Shown: positions 18,205 through 28,531 of the stretch, piece after piece
How positions within the stretch are numbered: the first letter of the stretch is position 1
Layout of the letters: every line of letters begins with the position of its first letter
From: an uncultured cyanobacterium
GTDB lineage: Bacteria > Cyanobacteriota > Cyanobacteriia > Cyanobacteriales > Cyanobacteriaceae
Direction of reading: 5' to 3'
DNA: 64,000 bases
Assembly: GCA_963749915.1 (NCBI GenBank)
Contig: CAVVOP010000021.1
Location: 96,001-160,000 of the forward strand
Notes under the pieces: generated by a model
Seen by the model: only the letters and a program-made list of their open reading frames with translations
Database searches by the model: none
What the model was told of the DNA's origin: nothing
Program-made: the position numbers and the translations under genes

Positions 18205-18846
18205 ATGCTTTTAGCCCTAGAAAAAATTAATGTTTTAGAAGGACAAACTCTTGTTATTAATGATGTCAATTGGCAACAGTTTGAGGAAATTTTATTAGAA
18301 TTAGGAGAACATCGCAATAGTAAAATCGCTTATTACGATCAAACTTTAGAAATTATGAGTCCATTACCAGAACACGAGAGCGATAAAGTTTTAATTACTA
18401 ATATTTTAGAAATTTTATTAGAAGAACTTGATATAGAATTTTGGAGTTTGGGTTCCACTACTTTTAAAAGCGAATTATTGCAAAAAGGACTAGAACCCGA
18501 TAACTGTTTTTACATTCAAAATGAAGCTAAAATTAGAGGTAAAAAAAGGATAGATTTAAGTATCGATCCTCCTCCTGATTTAGCCTTAGAAATTGACCTA
18601 ACTTCTCGTACTTATCCTAATATTTATTTAGCTTTAGGAGTTCTTGAATTATGGCGTTTTGAACAGAACAATTTACAAATAAATATTTTGGACAATGGGC
18701 AATATATTCAACAAGAATTTAGTCCTATTTTTCCAAATATTCCCATTAAAAAATTAATTCCTGAATATCTTTATAAGTGTAAAATAGAAGGAAGAAATAA
18801 AACGTTAAAAGCCTTTAGAAATCTGATTAAAGAATATATAAAATAG
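18205..18846 (+). CDS. Uma2 family (DUF820) putative endonuclease
   Basis: LEIMSPLPEHE, GLEPDNCFYI, PPPDLALEIDLTS, LGVLELWR. Confidence 0.92.
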   Translation: MLLALEKINVLEGQTLVINDVNWQQFEEILLELGEHRNSKIAYYDQTLEIMSPLPEHESDKVLITNILEILLEELDIEFWSLGSTTFKSELLQKGLEPDNCFYIQNEAKIRGKKRIDLSIDPPPDLALEIDLTSRTYPNIYLALGVLELWRFEQNNLQINILDNGQYIQQEFSPIFPNIPIKKLIPEYLYKCKIEGRNKTLKAFRNLIKEYIK

Positions 18847-18903
18847 GAGCTTTACAAACAAGAGTTTCTGAAGTTTTAAAATTGTTAGAATAGGTAAAAA
18901 AAT

Positions 18904-20334
18904 ATGTCAAAAACTATTATCATTGATCCCGTTACCCGCATCGAAGGACACGCTAAAATATCCATTTATTTAGACGACAATGGACAAGTAAATGATGCTC
19001 GTTTTCATGTGGTAGAATTTCGGGGTTTTGAAAAATTTTGTGAAGGAAGACCAATGTTTGAAATGGCGGGAATTACCGCCCGAATTTGTGGAATTTGTCC
19101 TGTCAGCCATTTACTCGCTTCTGCGAAAACTGGGGACAAAATTTTAGGAGTAAAAATTCCTCCCGCAGGAGAAAAGTTACGACGGTTAATGAATTTAGCA
19201 CAATTAACTCAGTCTCACGCTCTTTCTTTTTTTCACCTTAGTAGCCCTGATTTTCTCTTGGGTTGGGACTCTAATCCTTCTACCCGTAACGTTTTTGGTT
19301 TGATGGCGGCTGATCCCGACTTAGCACGGGCAGGGATTCGTTTACGCGCTTTTGGACAAAATATCATTGAATTACTCGGAGCAAGAAAAATTCATGCGGC
19401 ATGGGCAGTCCCCGGGGGAGTGCGATCGCCGCTTACTCCGGAAAATCGTCAATGGATTGAGGATAATCTGCCGGAAGCTAAGCAAACCACAGAATTAGCC
19501 TTAAATCTCTTTAAAAGGCTCTTAGATAGGGAATTAACCACGGAAATCAACGTATTTGGCAACTTTGATTCTTTGTTTATGAGTTTGGTTGCCCCGAATG
19601 GTAATTGGGAACATTATGGGGGACATTTGCGTTTCGTTGATAGTCAGGGTAACATCGTCGCTGATGGCTTGAGTGAAGATAATTACAACGACTTTTTGGG
19701 GGAAGCGGTAGAAAATTGGTCGTATCTCAAATTCCCCTACTATAGTCCTTTGGGCTATCCTGATGGTATTTATCGAGTTGGTCCTTTGGCACGCTTAAAT
19801 GTCTGCGATCGCATCGGTACACCCCAAGCAGATCAAGAATTATGGGAATTTCGCCATCGGGCAGGAGGGCGTATAGCTACTTCTTCATTCTTCTATCATT
19901 ACGCTCGACTAGTTGAAATTGTCGCTTGTTTAGAGGCGATCGAGAACTTGATAAACGATGCTGACATTTTGTCAACCAGAGTACGTGCGGAGGCAGGAAT
20001 CAACTATTTAGAAGGCATTGGGGTAAGTGAAGCACCCAGAGGCACACTGTTTCACCACTACCAAGTGGATGACAATGGCTTAATCAAAAAGGTAAACCTA
20101 ATTATTGCCACTGGACACAATAACCTTGCCATGAATAAAACCGTCACCCAAATCGCTAAACACTATATTAACAGTACGGACATTTCCGAAGCTATGTTAA
20201 ACCGTGTAGAGGCGGGAATTAGAGCATTTGATCCCTGTTTGAGTTGTTCCACTCATGCCATCGGACAAATGCCATTACACATCGAATTAGTGGATTGTGA
20301 GGGGAAAATTATCAAGGAAATTTATAAAAATTAA
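18904..20334 (+). CDS. hoxH: Bidirectional [NiFe]-hydrogenase large subunit
   Basis: [10 protein letters not shown]1 [11 protein letters not shown]2 DPCLSCSTH plus C-terminal extension. Confidence 0.97.
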   Translation: MSKTIIIDPVTRIEGHAKISIYLDDNGQVNDARFHVVEFRGFEKFCEGRPMFEMAGITARICGICPVSHLLASAKTGDKILGVKIPPAGEKLRRLMNLAQLTQSHALSFFHLSSPDFLLGWDSNPSTRNVFGLMAADPDLARAGIRLRAFGQNIIELLGARKIHAAWAVPGGVRSPLTPENRQWIEDNLPEAKQTTELALNLFKRLLDRELTTEINVFGNFDSLFMSLVAPNGNWEHYGGHLRFVDSQGNIVADGLSEDNYNDFLGEAVENWSYLKFPYYSPLGYPDGIYRVGPLARLNVCDRIGTPQADQELWEFRHRAGGRIATSSFFYHYARLVEIVACLEAIENLINDADILSTRVRAEAGINYLEGIGVSEAPRGTLFHHYQVDDNGLIKKVNLIIATGHNNLAMNKTVTQIAKHYINSTDISEAMLNRVEAGIRAFDPCLSCSTHAIGQMPLHIELVDCEGKIIKEIYKN

Positions 20335-20363
20335 TTGACAAATAATCAGGTTTGTAGTGAACT

Positions 20364-20392
20364 CTTGAGGGCAAAAAAAGCCTCAAGCTTTT
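20364..20392 (+). terminator. Hairpin after hoxH (weak terminator or transcript-stabilising stem)
   Basis: CTTGAGG (20364-20370) pairs with CCTCAAG (20381-20387), followed by CTTTT. Confidence 0.4.
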
Positions 20393-20421
20393 ACTGCGAA
20401 ACTTATATAGGAGTCAAAATT

Positions 20422-20679
20422 ATGATCAAAGAAAACTTATATTTATGTATGGGTTCGGCCTGTCATCAACTGGGGGTTTATGAAGTTTTACCTAAGCTAC
20501 AATCTTTGATTAAGAAACATAATCTTAACAGTAAAATTGAATTAAAGGGATCATTTTGTTTAGAAAGTTGTAGCTCAGGAATTGTGATGAAATTTAGGGA
20601 TAAACACTTTGTTGGCATCAGTCCTCAGAATTTAGAAGATAAATTTGTGAAAGAAATATTACCCATGATTAAAAAATAA
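20422..20679 (+). CDS. Thioredoxin-like [2Fe-2S] ferredoxin (NuoE-C/HfsA-like), 85 aa
   Basis: CMGSAC (Cx4C) and ELKGSFCLESC (Cx3C); AGGAG RBS at 20409-20413 before ATG 20422. Confidence 0.85.
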   Translation: MIKENLYLCMGSACHQLGVYEVLPKLQSLIKKHNLNSKIELKGSFCLESCSSGIVMKFRDKHFVGISPQNLEDKFVKEILPMIKK

Positions 20680-20709
20680 AAATAGATAATAAAAATTTAA
20701 TAATTAAAT

Positions 20710-21210
20710 ATGTTGGAAAGTAGCCAAAATCATCTTTATCAATTATTATGGGAATATGACCCTAACGCCTTAATTGCCACAGATTCTGAATTAATAATTA
20801 AATTAGTAAATCCATCTTTTTGTCAACTATTTAAAATAGAAAATACTGAGATAATTGGTCAATTGGCCATCGATATATTAGGAAATATTGAGCATATAAA
20901 AGAGGCATGGGAAAAAAATCAGGTAATAAAAAATAGAGAGACAGAATATTTAAAACATAATATTATTGTTAAAGAATTTATTTTTCCTATTCAAGAAGAA
21001 AATTTTATTTTGTGCATTATGACGGATATAACCGCTGAAATACGGCAACAGAAAGAATTAAAAGAAATGCAGGAAGAAATGATCAATAAAGTGAATAAAG
21101 TTGTCCATAATCAAATGAAAGTTGCCCAAGAAATAGCAGGATTATTAGGAGAAACCACCGCAGAAACTAAAGTTACTTTATTTAAACTGTTAGAACTTTT
21201 TAACAAATAA
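20710..21210 (+). CDS. Stand-alone PAS-domain protein resembling the C-terminal part of sensory [FeFe]-hydrogenases (HfsB/HydS)
   Basis: PAS start DPNALIATD..VNPSFCQLF, PAS end IMTDIT, then helical tail QMKVAQEIAGLLGETTAETKVTL. Confidence 0.8.
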   Translation: MLESSQNHLYQLLWEYDPNALIATDSELIIKLVNPSFCQLFKIENTEIIGQLAIDILGNIEHIKEAWEKNQVIKNRETEYLKHNIIVKEFIFPIQEENFILCIMTDITAEIRQQKELKEMQEEMINKVNKVVHNQMKVAQEIAGLLGETTAETKVTLFKLLELFNK

Positions 21211-21263
21211 CTATTTAGTCTCTTATTTATTGTTAATTTTTTATTGTTTATGTAACTAAACTT

Positions 21264-22430
21264 ATGATAGAAGATAATTTTTTCGATATTTATTATTATA
21301 GTTTAAATAAACAAAATGAAGAATTATGTGGTGATCAAGTAAAATTTACTAAAACGGAAACAAAAAGTACCATCGTACTTTCAGATGGCTTAGGAAGCGG
21401 TGTTAAAGCTAGTATTTTAGCCACTTTAACCACCGAAATACTAATTACGATGCTCGATGCAGATTTGCCCCTCAAAGAAGTCATCGAAACCATTGTTGGC
21501 ACCTTACCCATTTGTCAAGTAAGAAATATTGCCTATGCAACTTTTACTATTATTAGCCTTGATCACATTACCAATAAATTTCATGTAATTAACTTTGATA
21601 ATCCTCCTATTTTTCTTCTAAAAAGGGGGATTATTGTACCCTTGCAACATCAAACTGAACAAATATTAAACAAAAAAATTAACTCCTGTCAAGGCCTCTT
21701 AGAAAGAGGCGATTTTTTAGGGGCGGCGAGTGATGGAATTCTCTATGCCGGTTTAGGAAATACCATGAATTTTGGTTGGGGTTGGGAAAATATTGCTAAA
21801 TTTATGGAAAATATTTTTCGCAATAAAGCCACTAATTCTCGTTATATTATTGAGCAAATTATTAATGAAACTAAAAAATTATACTGTGATCATATTGGCG
21901 ACGATGCCACTTTTGTCGGGGTATATATTCGTAAACCTAAACCGTTGATGATTTTTACAGGACCTCCATTAGATGTTACCAGAGATGAAGAATATGCGGA
22001 ACAATTATTGAGTTTTCCCGGCAGAAAAATTATTTGTGGAGGCACCACTGGTAATATTGTCGCCAATTATATGGGAGAAACCATCGAAATGGATATTATG
22101 ACGATGAGTAAAGAATTGCCACCCATTGGTAAACTGAAAGAAATTGATTTAGTTACCGAGGGAATTTTAACTATTTCTAAAGCAAAAGAAGTATTAATTA
22201 AATGTAAATTTGATATTACTAGATTACCTACTATCAAAAATGGGGCGGTATTATTAGCTAGAGAAATTTTAGAAGCTGACTCAATTTATTTCTTAGTTGG
22301 ACAACAAATTAATGAATTTTATCAAAATCCTTTGTTACCAAAAAATATATCTATTCGTCGTAGTTTAATAGAAGATTTAGTACAGCTTTTACGCAACCAT
22401 CAAAAACAAATTATTCTTGAATATTGTTAA
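21264..22430 (+). CDS. SpoIIE/PPM-family Ser/Thr phosphatase (HfsC-like)
   Basis: LCGD, SDGLGSG, SDG, GDDAT metal-binding motifs; C-terminal domain with TGPP, ICGGTT, LVTEGILT. Confidence 0.88.
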   Translation: MIEDNFFDIYYYSLNKQNEELCGDQVKFTKTETKSTIVLSDGLGSGVKASILATLTTEILITMLDADLPLKEVIETIVGTLPICQVRNIAYATFTIISLDHITNKFHVINFDNPPIFLLKRGIIVPLQHQTEQILNKKINSCQGLLERGDFLGAASDGILYAGLGNTMNFGWGWENIAKFMENIFRNKATNSRYIIEQIINETKKLYCDHIGDDATFVGVYIRKPKPLMIFTGPPLDVTRDEEYAEQLLSFPGRKIICGGTTGNIVANYMGETIEMDIMTMSKELPPIGKLKEIDLVTEGILTISKAKEVLIKCKFDITRLPTIKNGAVLLAREILEADSIYFLVGQQINEFYQNPLLPKNISIRRSLIEDLVQLLRNHQKQIILEYC

Positions 22431-22625
22431 ATAAATTTGGTCGTGAAACAAAAAATTGTTAGCCATTTAACCTTTTTACTTCAGAAGAGCCGCACCCTTC
22501 TTCATTTCTATCCTATCCTACCCCATCAGATAAACTAATCAGTCTTATTCGTCTTATATTATCATCCAAACCATAAAGTTCAGTGAGTATTTCATATTGA
22601 TTTTAATTTTAGTTTTGCAATAGGT

Positions 22626-23237
22626 CTATTTAATCGATTTCAAAACAAAATCCCTGACTAAGTGCATTTCGGCGGGGATAATTTCATGGGCGATGTCAAA
22701 TTCTTTGTATTCTACACAAACCCCTACACCTTCTAATTTTCGTTTTGCCTCTTGGGCGGTATGAATAGGGACAACAGGATCAAGTTTTCCATGACAAATT
22801 AACGTAGGGGGAAACGGATTTCTGTCAGGGGTGGGTTCAAAATGTAGGTAACCGCTCATGCTAACGACCCCAGCAACAGGTAACTGTAATCCTACATCTA
22901 AACTCATCGCTCCTCCCTGAGAAAATCCCCCAACGATGGTTTTCGATAAAGGTATTTCTGTTATATCTTCTAGGGATAACAACCATTGGTAAAACTGATC
23001 CAAACTGGCTTCTATTCCTTCATTCTGATTTTCTAAAGCGTACCACGCCCTGCCACCGGGGACTTGATAATGTGCAAAAGGAGCATTGGGAAACAAATAT
23101 AAACAAGAGGGTAAATTTAACATGGAAGTAAGGGCGGTCAAATCATGATAATTAGCTCCCCAACCATGCAACAACACGAATGAAAATTCGGGTTTTTGCT
23201 CATTTTCGGGAGCAATGGAAATAACATCAAGATTCAT
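22626..23237 (-). CDS. Phospholipase/carboxylesterase (alpha/beta hydrolase)
   Basis: LHGWGAN, GGFSQGG, HGKLDPVVP, AHEI. Confidence 0.9.
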   Translation of the reverse strand: MNLDVISIAPENEQKPEFSFVLLHGWGANYHDLTALTSMLNLPSCLYLFPNAPFAHYQVPGGRAWYALENQNEGIEASLDQFYQWLLSLEDITEIPLSKTIVGGFSQGGAMSLDVGLQLPVAGVVSMSGYLHFEPTPDRNPFPPTLICHGKLDPVVPIHTAQEAKRKLEGVGVCVEYKEFDIAHEIIPAEMHLVRDFVLKSIK

Positions 23238-23331
23238 AAAAAAAATAATAGTTAATATACAATGGATGGTTGTGTTGGCTGTGTATTAATTCTGGCGAGT
23301 AAGAGAGAATATTTGTAGAACATACAATTAC

Positions 23332-24687
23332 TTATGCTACAACTAAATATAAAGCCTCACCAGTTAAACTAAAAGGACGAACTTCCGTTATTTTTACAGG
23401 GATAATTTTTCCCTTTAACTCTTGTATATTTCCCGAAAAAAAAGTTAATCTGTTACCGTCAGTTCTACCCATGACTTGGGTGTTATTTTTAGGGTTAACA
23501 TCTTCTACTAATACTTTTTCTACTCGATTTAAGTATCTTTGAGATCTTTGTGCAGCTTTTATCGATACTAAATGATTTAACTGTTGAAGGCGATCGCCTT
23601 TTTCTTCTTCACTGAGTTGATTCTCCCACACTGCGGCTGGAGTATTTGGACGAGGGGAATAAGCCGCCGTATTTAGTTGATCAAAACCAATATCATTGAC
23701 CAAGGTTAAAGTATTCTGGAATTGTGCTTCTGTTTCCCCTGGAAAACCAACAATAGCATCGGCACTAATGGACGCATGGGGCATATAATGACGAATTTTA
23801 GTGATAATATCCCGATAACGCTCATGGGTGTAACCCCGTTTCATGGCTTTGAGAATGTCATTATCCCCAGACTGGAAGGGGATATGGAAATGTTCGCACA
23901 CTTTCGGTAACTCATGACAAGCCTTAATTAAACGTTCGGTAAAATAACGGGGGTGAGAGGTTGCAAAACGGATGCGCTCAATACCCTCCACGTCATGAAT
24001 ATAGTAAAGTAAATCTGTGAAAGTGTATAAGTTTCGCCCTGTTTCCGTCGTGCCGGGTAAATCACGGCCATAAGCATCAATATTTTGACCTAATAACGTT
24101 ACCTCCTTATAACCTTGACGGGCAATGTCTTCAATTTCCGCTTTAATGGATTCAGGAGTCCGAGATTGTTCTACACCCCTAACATTCGGCACAACGCAAT
24201 AACTACATCTTTCATTGCAACCATAAATAACATTTACCCATGCGGAAATCTCACTTTCACGACGAGGCTTAGTAATATCCTCATAAATATGTATAGGATC
24301 AGTTGCTACAATCTGGTTACCAGCAAAAACCTGTTCTAATAAACTATCTAAACGATTAGCATGTTGTGGTCCCATAACCAAGTCTAACTCAGGTACACGT
24401 CTTAATAATTTTTCTCCTTCCTGTTGGGCAACACATCCAGCAACCACTAAAGTCAAATCTGCTTCAATATGTTTCCGTTTTGCTTGTCTGCCCAGATAAG
24501 AATAAACTTTTTGCTCAGCATTATCTCGGATGGTACAGGTATTATACACAATAACGTTAGCATTATTTGGATCTTCAGTACATTCAAAACCCATATTTTC
24601 TAAAATACCCGCCATGCGCTCAGAATCTGCCTTATTCATCTGACAGCCAAAGGTAGTAATATTATAAAGACGTTTTTTCTCGGTCAT
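23332..24687 (-). CDS. miaB: tRNA-2-methylthio-N6-dimethylallyladenosine synthase
   Basis: TFGCQMN, NTCTIR, radical [12 protein letters not shown]-terminal TRAM domain. Confidence 0.96.
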   Translation of the reverse strand: MTEKKRLYNITTFGCQMNKADSERMAGILENMGFECTEDPNNANVIVYNTCTIRDNAEQKVYSYLGRQAKRKHIEADLTLVVAGCVAQQEGEKLLRRVPELDLVMGPQHANRLDSLLEQVFAGNQIVATDPIHIYEDITKPRRESEISAWVNVIYGCNERCSYCVVPNVRGVEQSRTPESIKAEIEDIARQGYKEVTLLGQNIDAYGRDLPGTTETGRNLYTFTDLLYYIHDVEGIERIRFATSHPRYFTERLIKACHELPKVCEHFHIPFQSGDNDILKAMKRGYTHERYRDIITKIRHYMPHASISADAIVGFPGETEAQFQNTLTLVNDIGFDQLNTAAYSPRPNTPAAVWENQLSEEEKGDRLQQLNHLVSIKAAQRSQRYLNRVEKVLVEDVNPKNNTQVMGRTDGNRLTFFSGNIQELKGKIIPVKITEVRPFSLTGEALYLVVA

Positions 24688-24975
24688 AGTTTTAGATAAA
24701 AATAATCATCAAATTTTGCCTAACCTTTCTAGTATAAGTTAAGGGACAGTCTAATGAGTTTGAGGTTGGGAATTATATCAGGGAAAAAGGGTTATTTTTT
24801 TGATTACTTTTTTCATCTCAAAATATCAGTATCAGCAAATTTAGCTGGGGATATTTTGTCTTTTTTGACACGGAGTCGAGATATATTTTGCCAGTGGAGA
24901 ATAAATACCAGAATATTCACATATATCTTTTTATTTACCAGTGGTGGATTAGAATAAAACTGAAGGTATAATGAA

Positions 24976-25992
24976 GTGTCATTTCAGTTATTCAATGTGC
25001 TATTTATGTGGAGAAAAAAAACCCAGTTTAATTTCTTTTTGGTAATTTTTAGCTTGATTGTTTTATTATTATGGGGGCAAAATATCTTAGCTAAGGAAAC
25101 CCTACTCAATAACAATGATGTTACGTTTAGTCCCATAAAAGAACAAATCATTGCCCAACAAGACTTCGAGAAAGTAGAAATCAAAACCATTCCCATTAAA
25201 GCTAATCTTTATATGTTAGAAGGGGAAGGCGGAAATATAGGAGTTTCTGTCGGCAAAGATGGAGTTATAATCATTGACAGTCAATTTGCACCATTATCTG
25301 CAAAAATTAACTCTGCCATTGGTAAAATTAGTGATCAACCTATCCGTTATTTAGTCAATACCCATTATCACTTAGATCATACGGGAGGAAATGAAAACTT
25401 TGCCAATGGTGGCACCGTGATTATTGCCCATGATAACGTAATTAAACAAATGAAAGTACCCCATTCTTATAAGGTTTTGGGAATGGAAATACCTGCGTTC
25501 TCTAATAACGCTTTACCGAAAATTACCTTTAGTGATAGTGAGACTTTTAATCTTAATGATAATCAAATCAAGGCTTTTCATCTTCCCCTAGCCCATACCG
25601 ATGGCGATATAGTAATTCATTTTAGCGATCAAAATGTCATCCATACAGGAGATTTATTCTTTAACGGTATATATCCCTTTGTTGATAATGGTGTAGGTGG
25701 TTCAGTACAAGGTATGATTGCGGCAATTGATCAAATTTTACCCTTATGCGATGACCAAACCTTAATTATTCCGGGTCATGGTAAATTATCTAATCGTCAA
25801 GAATTAATGGCTTTTCAGGAAATGCTTAAAACCGTTAATCAGAGAGTAAAAGAAGGTTTAGAGAAAAATATGACTTTAGATGATTTAATAAAAGCGAAAA
25901 CTTTAGCAGACCTAGACGAAACTTGGGGTAAAGGATTTTTAAATTCTGACCAATTTTTAACTATTGCCTATGAAGGCTTGAAAAATAGCTAA
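24976..25992 (+). CDS. MBL-fold metallo-hydrolase (cyclase-like), probably exported
   Basis: THYHLDHTGGN, AHTDGD, HTGDLFF, IPGHG; hydrophobic N-terminus; start may be ATG 25006. Confidence 0.88.
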   Translation: MSFQLFNVLFMWRKKTQFNFFLVIFSLIVLLLWGQNILAKETLLNNNDVTFSPIKEQIIAQQDFEKVEIKTIPIKANLYMLEGEGGNIGVSVGKDGVIIIDSQFAPLSAKINSAIGKISDQPIRYLVNTHYHLDHTGGNENFANGGTVIIAHDNVIKQMKVPHSYKVLGMEIPAFSNNALPKITFSDSETFNLNDNQIKAFHLPLAHTDGDIVIHFSDQNVIHTGDLFFNGIYPFVDNGVGGSVQGMIAAIDQILPLCDDQTLIIPGHGKLSNRQELMAFQEMLKTVNQRVKEGLEKNMTLDDLIKAKTLADLDETWGKGFLNSDQFLTIAYEGLKNS

Positions 25993-26012
25993 CAATAATT
26001 ATTCTACACAAG

Positions 26013-26040
26013 TAAAAAAAATAGCCCCGGTTCCGGGGCT
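26013..26040 (-). terminator. Rho-independent terminator of psbD
   Basis: Minus strand reads AGCCCCG-GAAC-CGGGGCT followed by ATTTTTTTT. Confidence 0.85.
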
Positions 26041-26074
26041 TGGAATTTAGATGATTGTTAACTTATCTTCAAAT

Positions 26075-27133
26075 TTAGAGAGCGTTACCACGAGGTAATA
26101 CTTCTTCAGGGAAGACGAATTTTTCATGGGGTTGATCTTGAGGCGCCATCCATGCGCGCAACCCTTCGTTTAAGAGGATGTTTTTGGTATAAAAAGTCTC
26201 AAACTCTGGATCTTCCGCCGCTCTTAATTCTTGAGAGACGAAGTCATAAGCACGGAGGTTAAAGGCTAAACCGACAATCCCAATGGAACTCATCCACAAT
26301 CCAGTGACGGGTACAAACAACATAAAGAAGTGTAACCAACGTTTGTTGGAGAATGCAATTCCGAAGATTTGAGACCAGAAACGGTTTGCTGTCACCATAG
26401 AATAGGTTTCTTCAGCTTGGGTAGGTTCAAAGGCACGGAAAGTGTTTGCCTGTTCACCATCTTGGAATAAGGTATTTTCTACCGTTGCACCGTGAATAGC
26501 ACAAAGCAATGCACCACCCAAAATTCCGGCAACACCCATCATGTGGAAGGGGTTGAGTGTCCAGTTATGAAATCCTTGTAAGAATAAGATAAAGCGGAAG
26601 ATTCCTGCTACTCCAAAAGAAGGAGCAAAAAACCAGCTAGATTGTCCTAAAGGATACATTAAAAACACACTAACAAATACGGCTATAGGACCAGAGAAAG
26701 CGATAGCATTATAAGGACGAATCCCCACAAGACGAGAAATCTCAAATTGGCGTAACATGAAGCCGATTAAAGCAAAAGCTCCGTGTAAGGCTACGAAAGG
26801 CCATAAACCACCGATTTGAAACCAGCGAGTTAAACTTCCTTGAGCTTCAGGTCCCCACAAAAACAGTAAGGAATGTCCAAAAACGTCCGCGGGACTAGAT
26901 ACAGCCACAGTTAAGAAGTTAGCACCTTCTAAATAAGAACTGGCTAAACCGTGAGTGTACCAAGAGGTAACGAAGGTCGTACCAGTTAACCAGCCTCCTA
27001 ATGCTAAATAAGCACAGGGAAACAGAAGAATACCAGACCAACCAACGAATACAAAGCGGTCTCTTTTGAGCCAGTCATCAAGGGCATCAAACCACCCTCT
27101 TTCTGCTGGTGCACGTCCGACTGCAATGGTCAT
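26075..27133 (-). CDS. psbD: Photosystem II D2 protein; monocistronic copy without psbC (psbD2-type)
   Basis: [16 protein letters not shown] ... [10 protein letters not shown]; terminator follows instead of psbC. Confidence 0.99.
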   Translation of the reverse strand: MTIAVGRAPAERGWFDALDDWLKRDRFVFVGWSGILLFPCAYLALGGWLTGTTFVTSWYTHGLASSYLEGANFLTVAVSSPADVFGHSLLFLWGPEAQGSLTRWFQIGGLWPFVALHGAFALIGFMLRQFEISRLVGIRPYNAIAFSGPIAVFVSVFLMYPLGQSSWFFAPSFGVAGIFRFILFLQGFHNWTLNPFHMMGVAGILGGALLCAIHGATVENTLFQDGEQANTFRAFEPTQAEETYSMVTANRFWSQIFGIAFSNKRWLHFFMLFVPVTGLWMSSIGIVGLAFNLRAYDFVSQELRAAEDPEFETFYTKNILLNEGLRAWMAPQDQPHEKFVFPEEVLPRGNAL

Positions 27134-27379
27134 AAAATAAACTCCAAATGAATATAATTACTAAAACGTTACTTTTAGGTTTTCTCTTGTCCTAATTTTA
27201 GGTTAAGACTATTTTCTGAGAAAAATTTACTTTTCTTAACGTTAACTTATACTAACATTTTATGGGAAAGTTGCAATGTTTAACAAGTAAATTGTTAAAA
27301 AATGCTTAAAAATATTAAAATTGATTAAGTTTATCTCCCTTTCTCGTAACTTAAAGTAATTAAAGTACAAACAAAAATT

Positions 27380-27652
27380 ATGTTTACCATTGATTTGTTA
27401 GTTAGATACATTCCCGTTCCTTTATCCGTTGACAAAAAAGAAGAGTCTGAAGCCCAAGCTATGTACCAAAGTATCTTGGAAGCAATCAAAAGTAATGATG
27501 TGCAAGTTATCGAATTAACTTGCGATAAGCAGACCGATAAAAAAATCGCTGTTTTGAGTGATCAAGTTACTGGGGTTGTGATTTCTCAGAAAGATGGTGT
27601 CATGGCTGGAAGTAAAGTTCCGGGATTTTTTGCCACATTAACCGATAAATAA
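27380..27652 (+). CDS. Small conserved-looking hypothetical protein
   Basis: 90-aa ORF heading a same-strand run with the ABC ATPase; ELTCDKQ..KKIAV and PGFF motifs. Confidence 0.75.
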   Translation: MFTIDLLVRYIPVPLSVDKKEESEAQAMYQSILEAIKSNDVQVIELTCDKQTDKKIAVLSDQVTGVVISQKDGVMAGSKVPGFFATLTDK

Positions 27653-27780
27653 ATTGATAATTAACCATTAACCATTGACAATTGACAGTTAACAACCATT
27701 AAACTTCTTTAATTAACTATTTATTGGAGATGTTTATTTTTCATTAACTATTAACTATTAACTATTAGCCATTAATTTTC

Positions 27781-28443
27781 TTGATTAACTCTAATTTTGC
27801 CGTCGTCGTCGAGGATTTAAATTTTGGTTGGAATCCTCAAACTAACGTCTTAAATACTTGCTGTCTTAAGGTGCCAAAAGGACAATTTTGGATGTTATTG
27901 GGGAATAATGGTTGTGGGAAATCAACTTTATTGAGATTGTTAGCAGGCTTACTTACTCCCGATAGCGGTACCACAAAAACTGACGCACCTTTAGGATTTG
28001 TGTTTCAAAACCCCGATCATCAATTAGTAATGCCCACTGTGGCCGCCGATATTGCCTTTGGGTTAGTCGAGGAAAAACTGAACCTATCCCAAGTAAAATT
28101 AAGAGTAGAAGAGGCCCTGACGGCAGTTAACCTAAGAGAGTTAGAACGTCGCCCTATTTATGCCCTTAGTGGTGGACAAAAACAACGTATTGCCATTGCA
28201 GGAGCGATCGCCCGTCATTGTCAGGTATTATTATTAGATGAACCAACGGCATTATTAGATCCAGATACTCAGATAGAGTTAGTCGCCTTAGTGCAAAAAT
28301 TGGTAAAGGAAAGGGGAATAACGGCTTTATGGGTGACACATCGTTTAGAAGAGTTGAACTATGCTGACGGCTATTTTTTATTAAAACAAGGACAAGTGGT
28401 GAGTCAAGGAAATCCTCAACAATTATTTGAAAATTTGCGGTAA
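27781..28443 (+). CDS. ABC/ECF transporter ATP-binding protein (CbiO/EcfA-like)
   Basis: GNNGCGKST, FQNPD, LSGGQKQR, LLLDEPT, VTH. Confidence 0.9.
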   Translation: MINSNFAVVVEDLNFGWNPQTNVLNTCCLKVPKGQFWMLLGNNGCGKSTLLRLLAGLLTPDSGTTKTDAPLGFVFQNPDHQLVMPTVAADIAFGLVEEKLNLSQVKLRVEEALTAVNLRELERRPIYALSGGQKQRIAIAGAIARHCQVLLLDEPTALLDPDTQIELVALVQKLVKERGITALWVTHRLEELNYADGYFLLKQGQVVSQGNPQQLFENLR

Positions 28444-28531
28444 TAAACACACCGAAAATCTTAAATTTTTGTTAAAATCTACCATTATGACATCATAAAA
28501 ATCACCCTTAGTTAAATACGTATGCAAAGAA

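Noticed and set aside
20335..20421. TTG-started extension of the ferredoxin ORF and a TTGACA promoter
   Set aside because: A good RBS precedes ATG 20422, the extension overlaps a hairpin, and no -10 box lies at a proper spacing from TTGACA.
26075..27133. psbD without psbC as an anomaly or far-red variant
   Set aside because: A monocistronic second psbD is normal in cyanobacteria and the sequence looks canonical.
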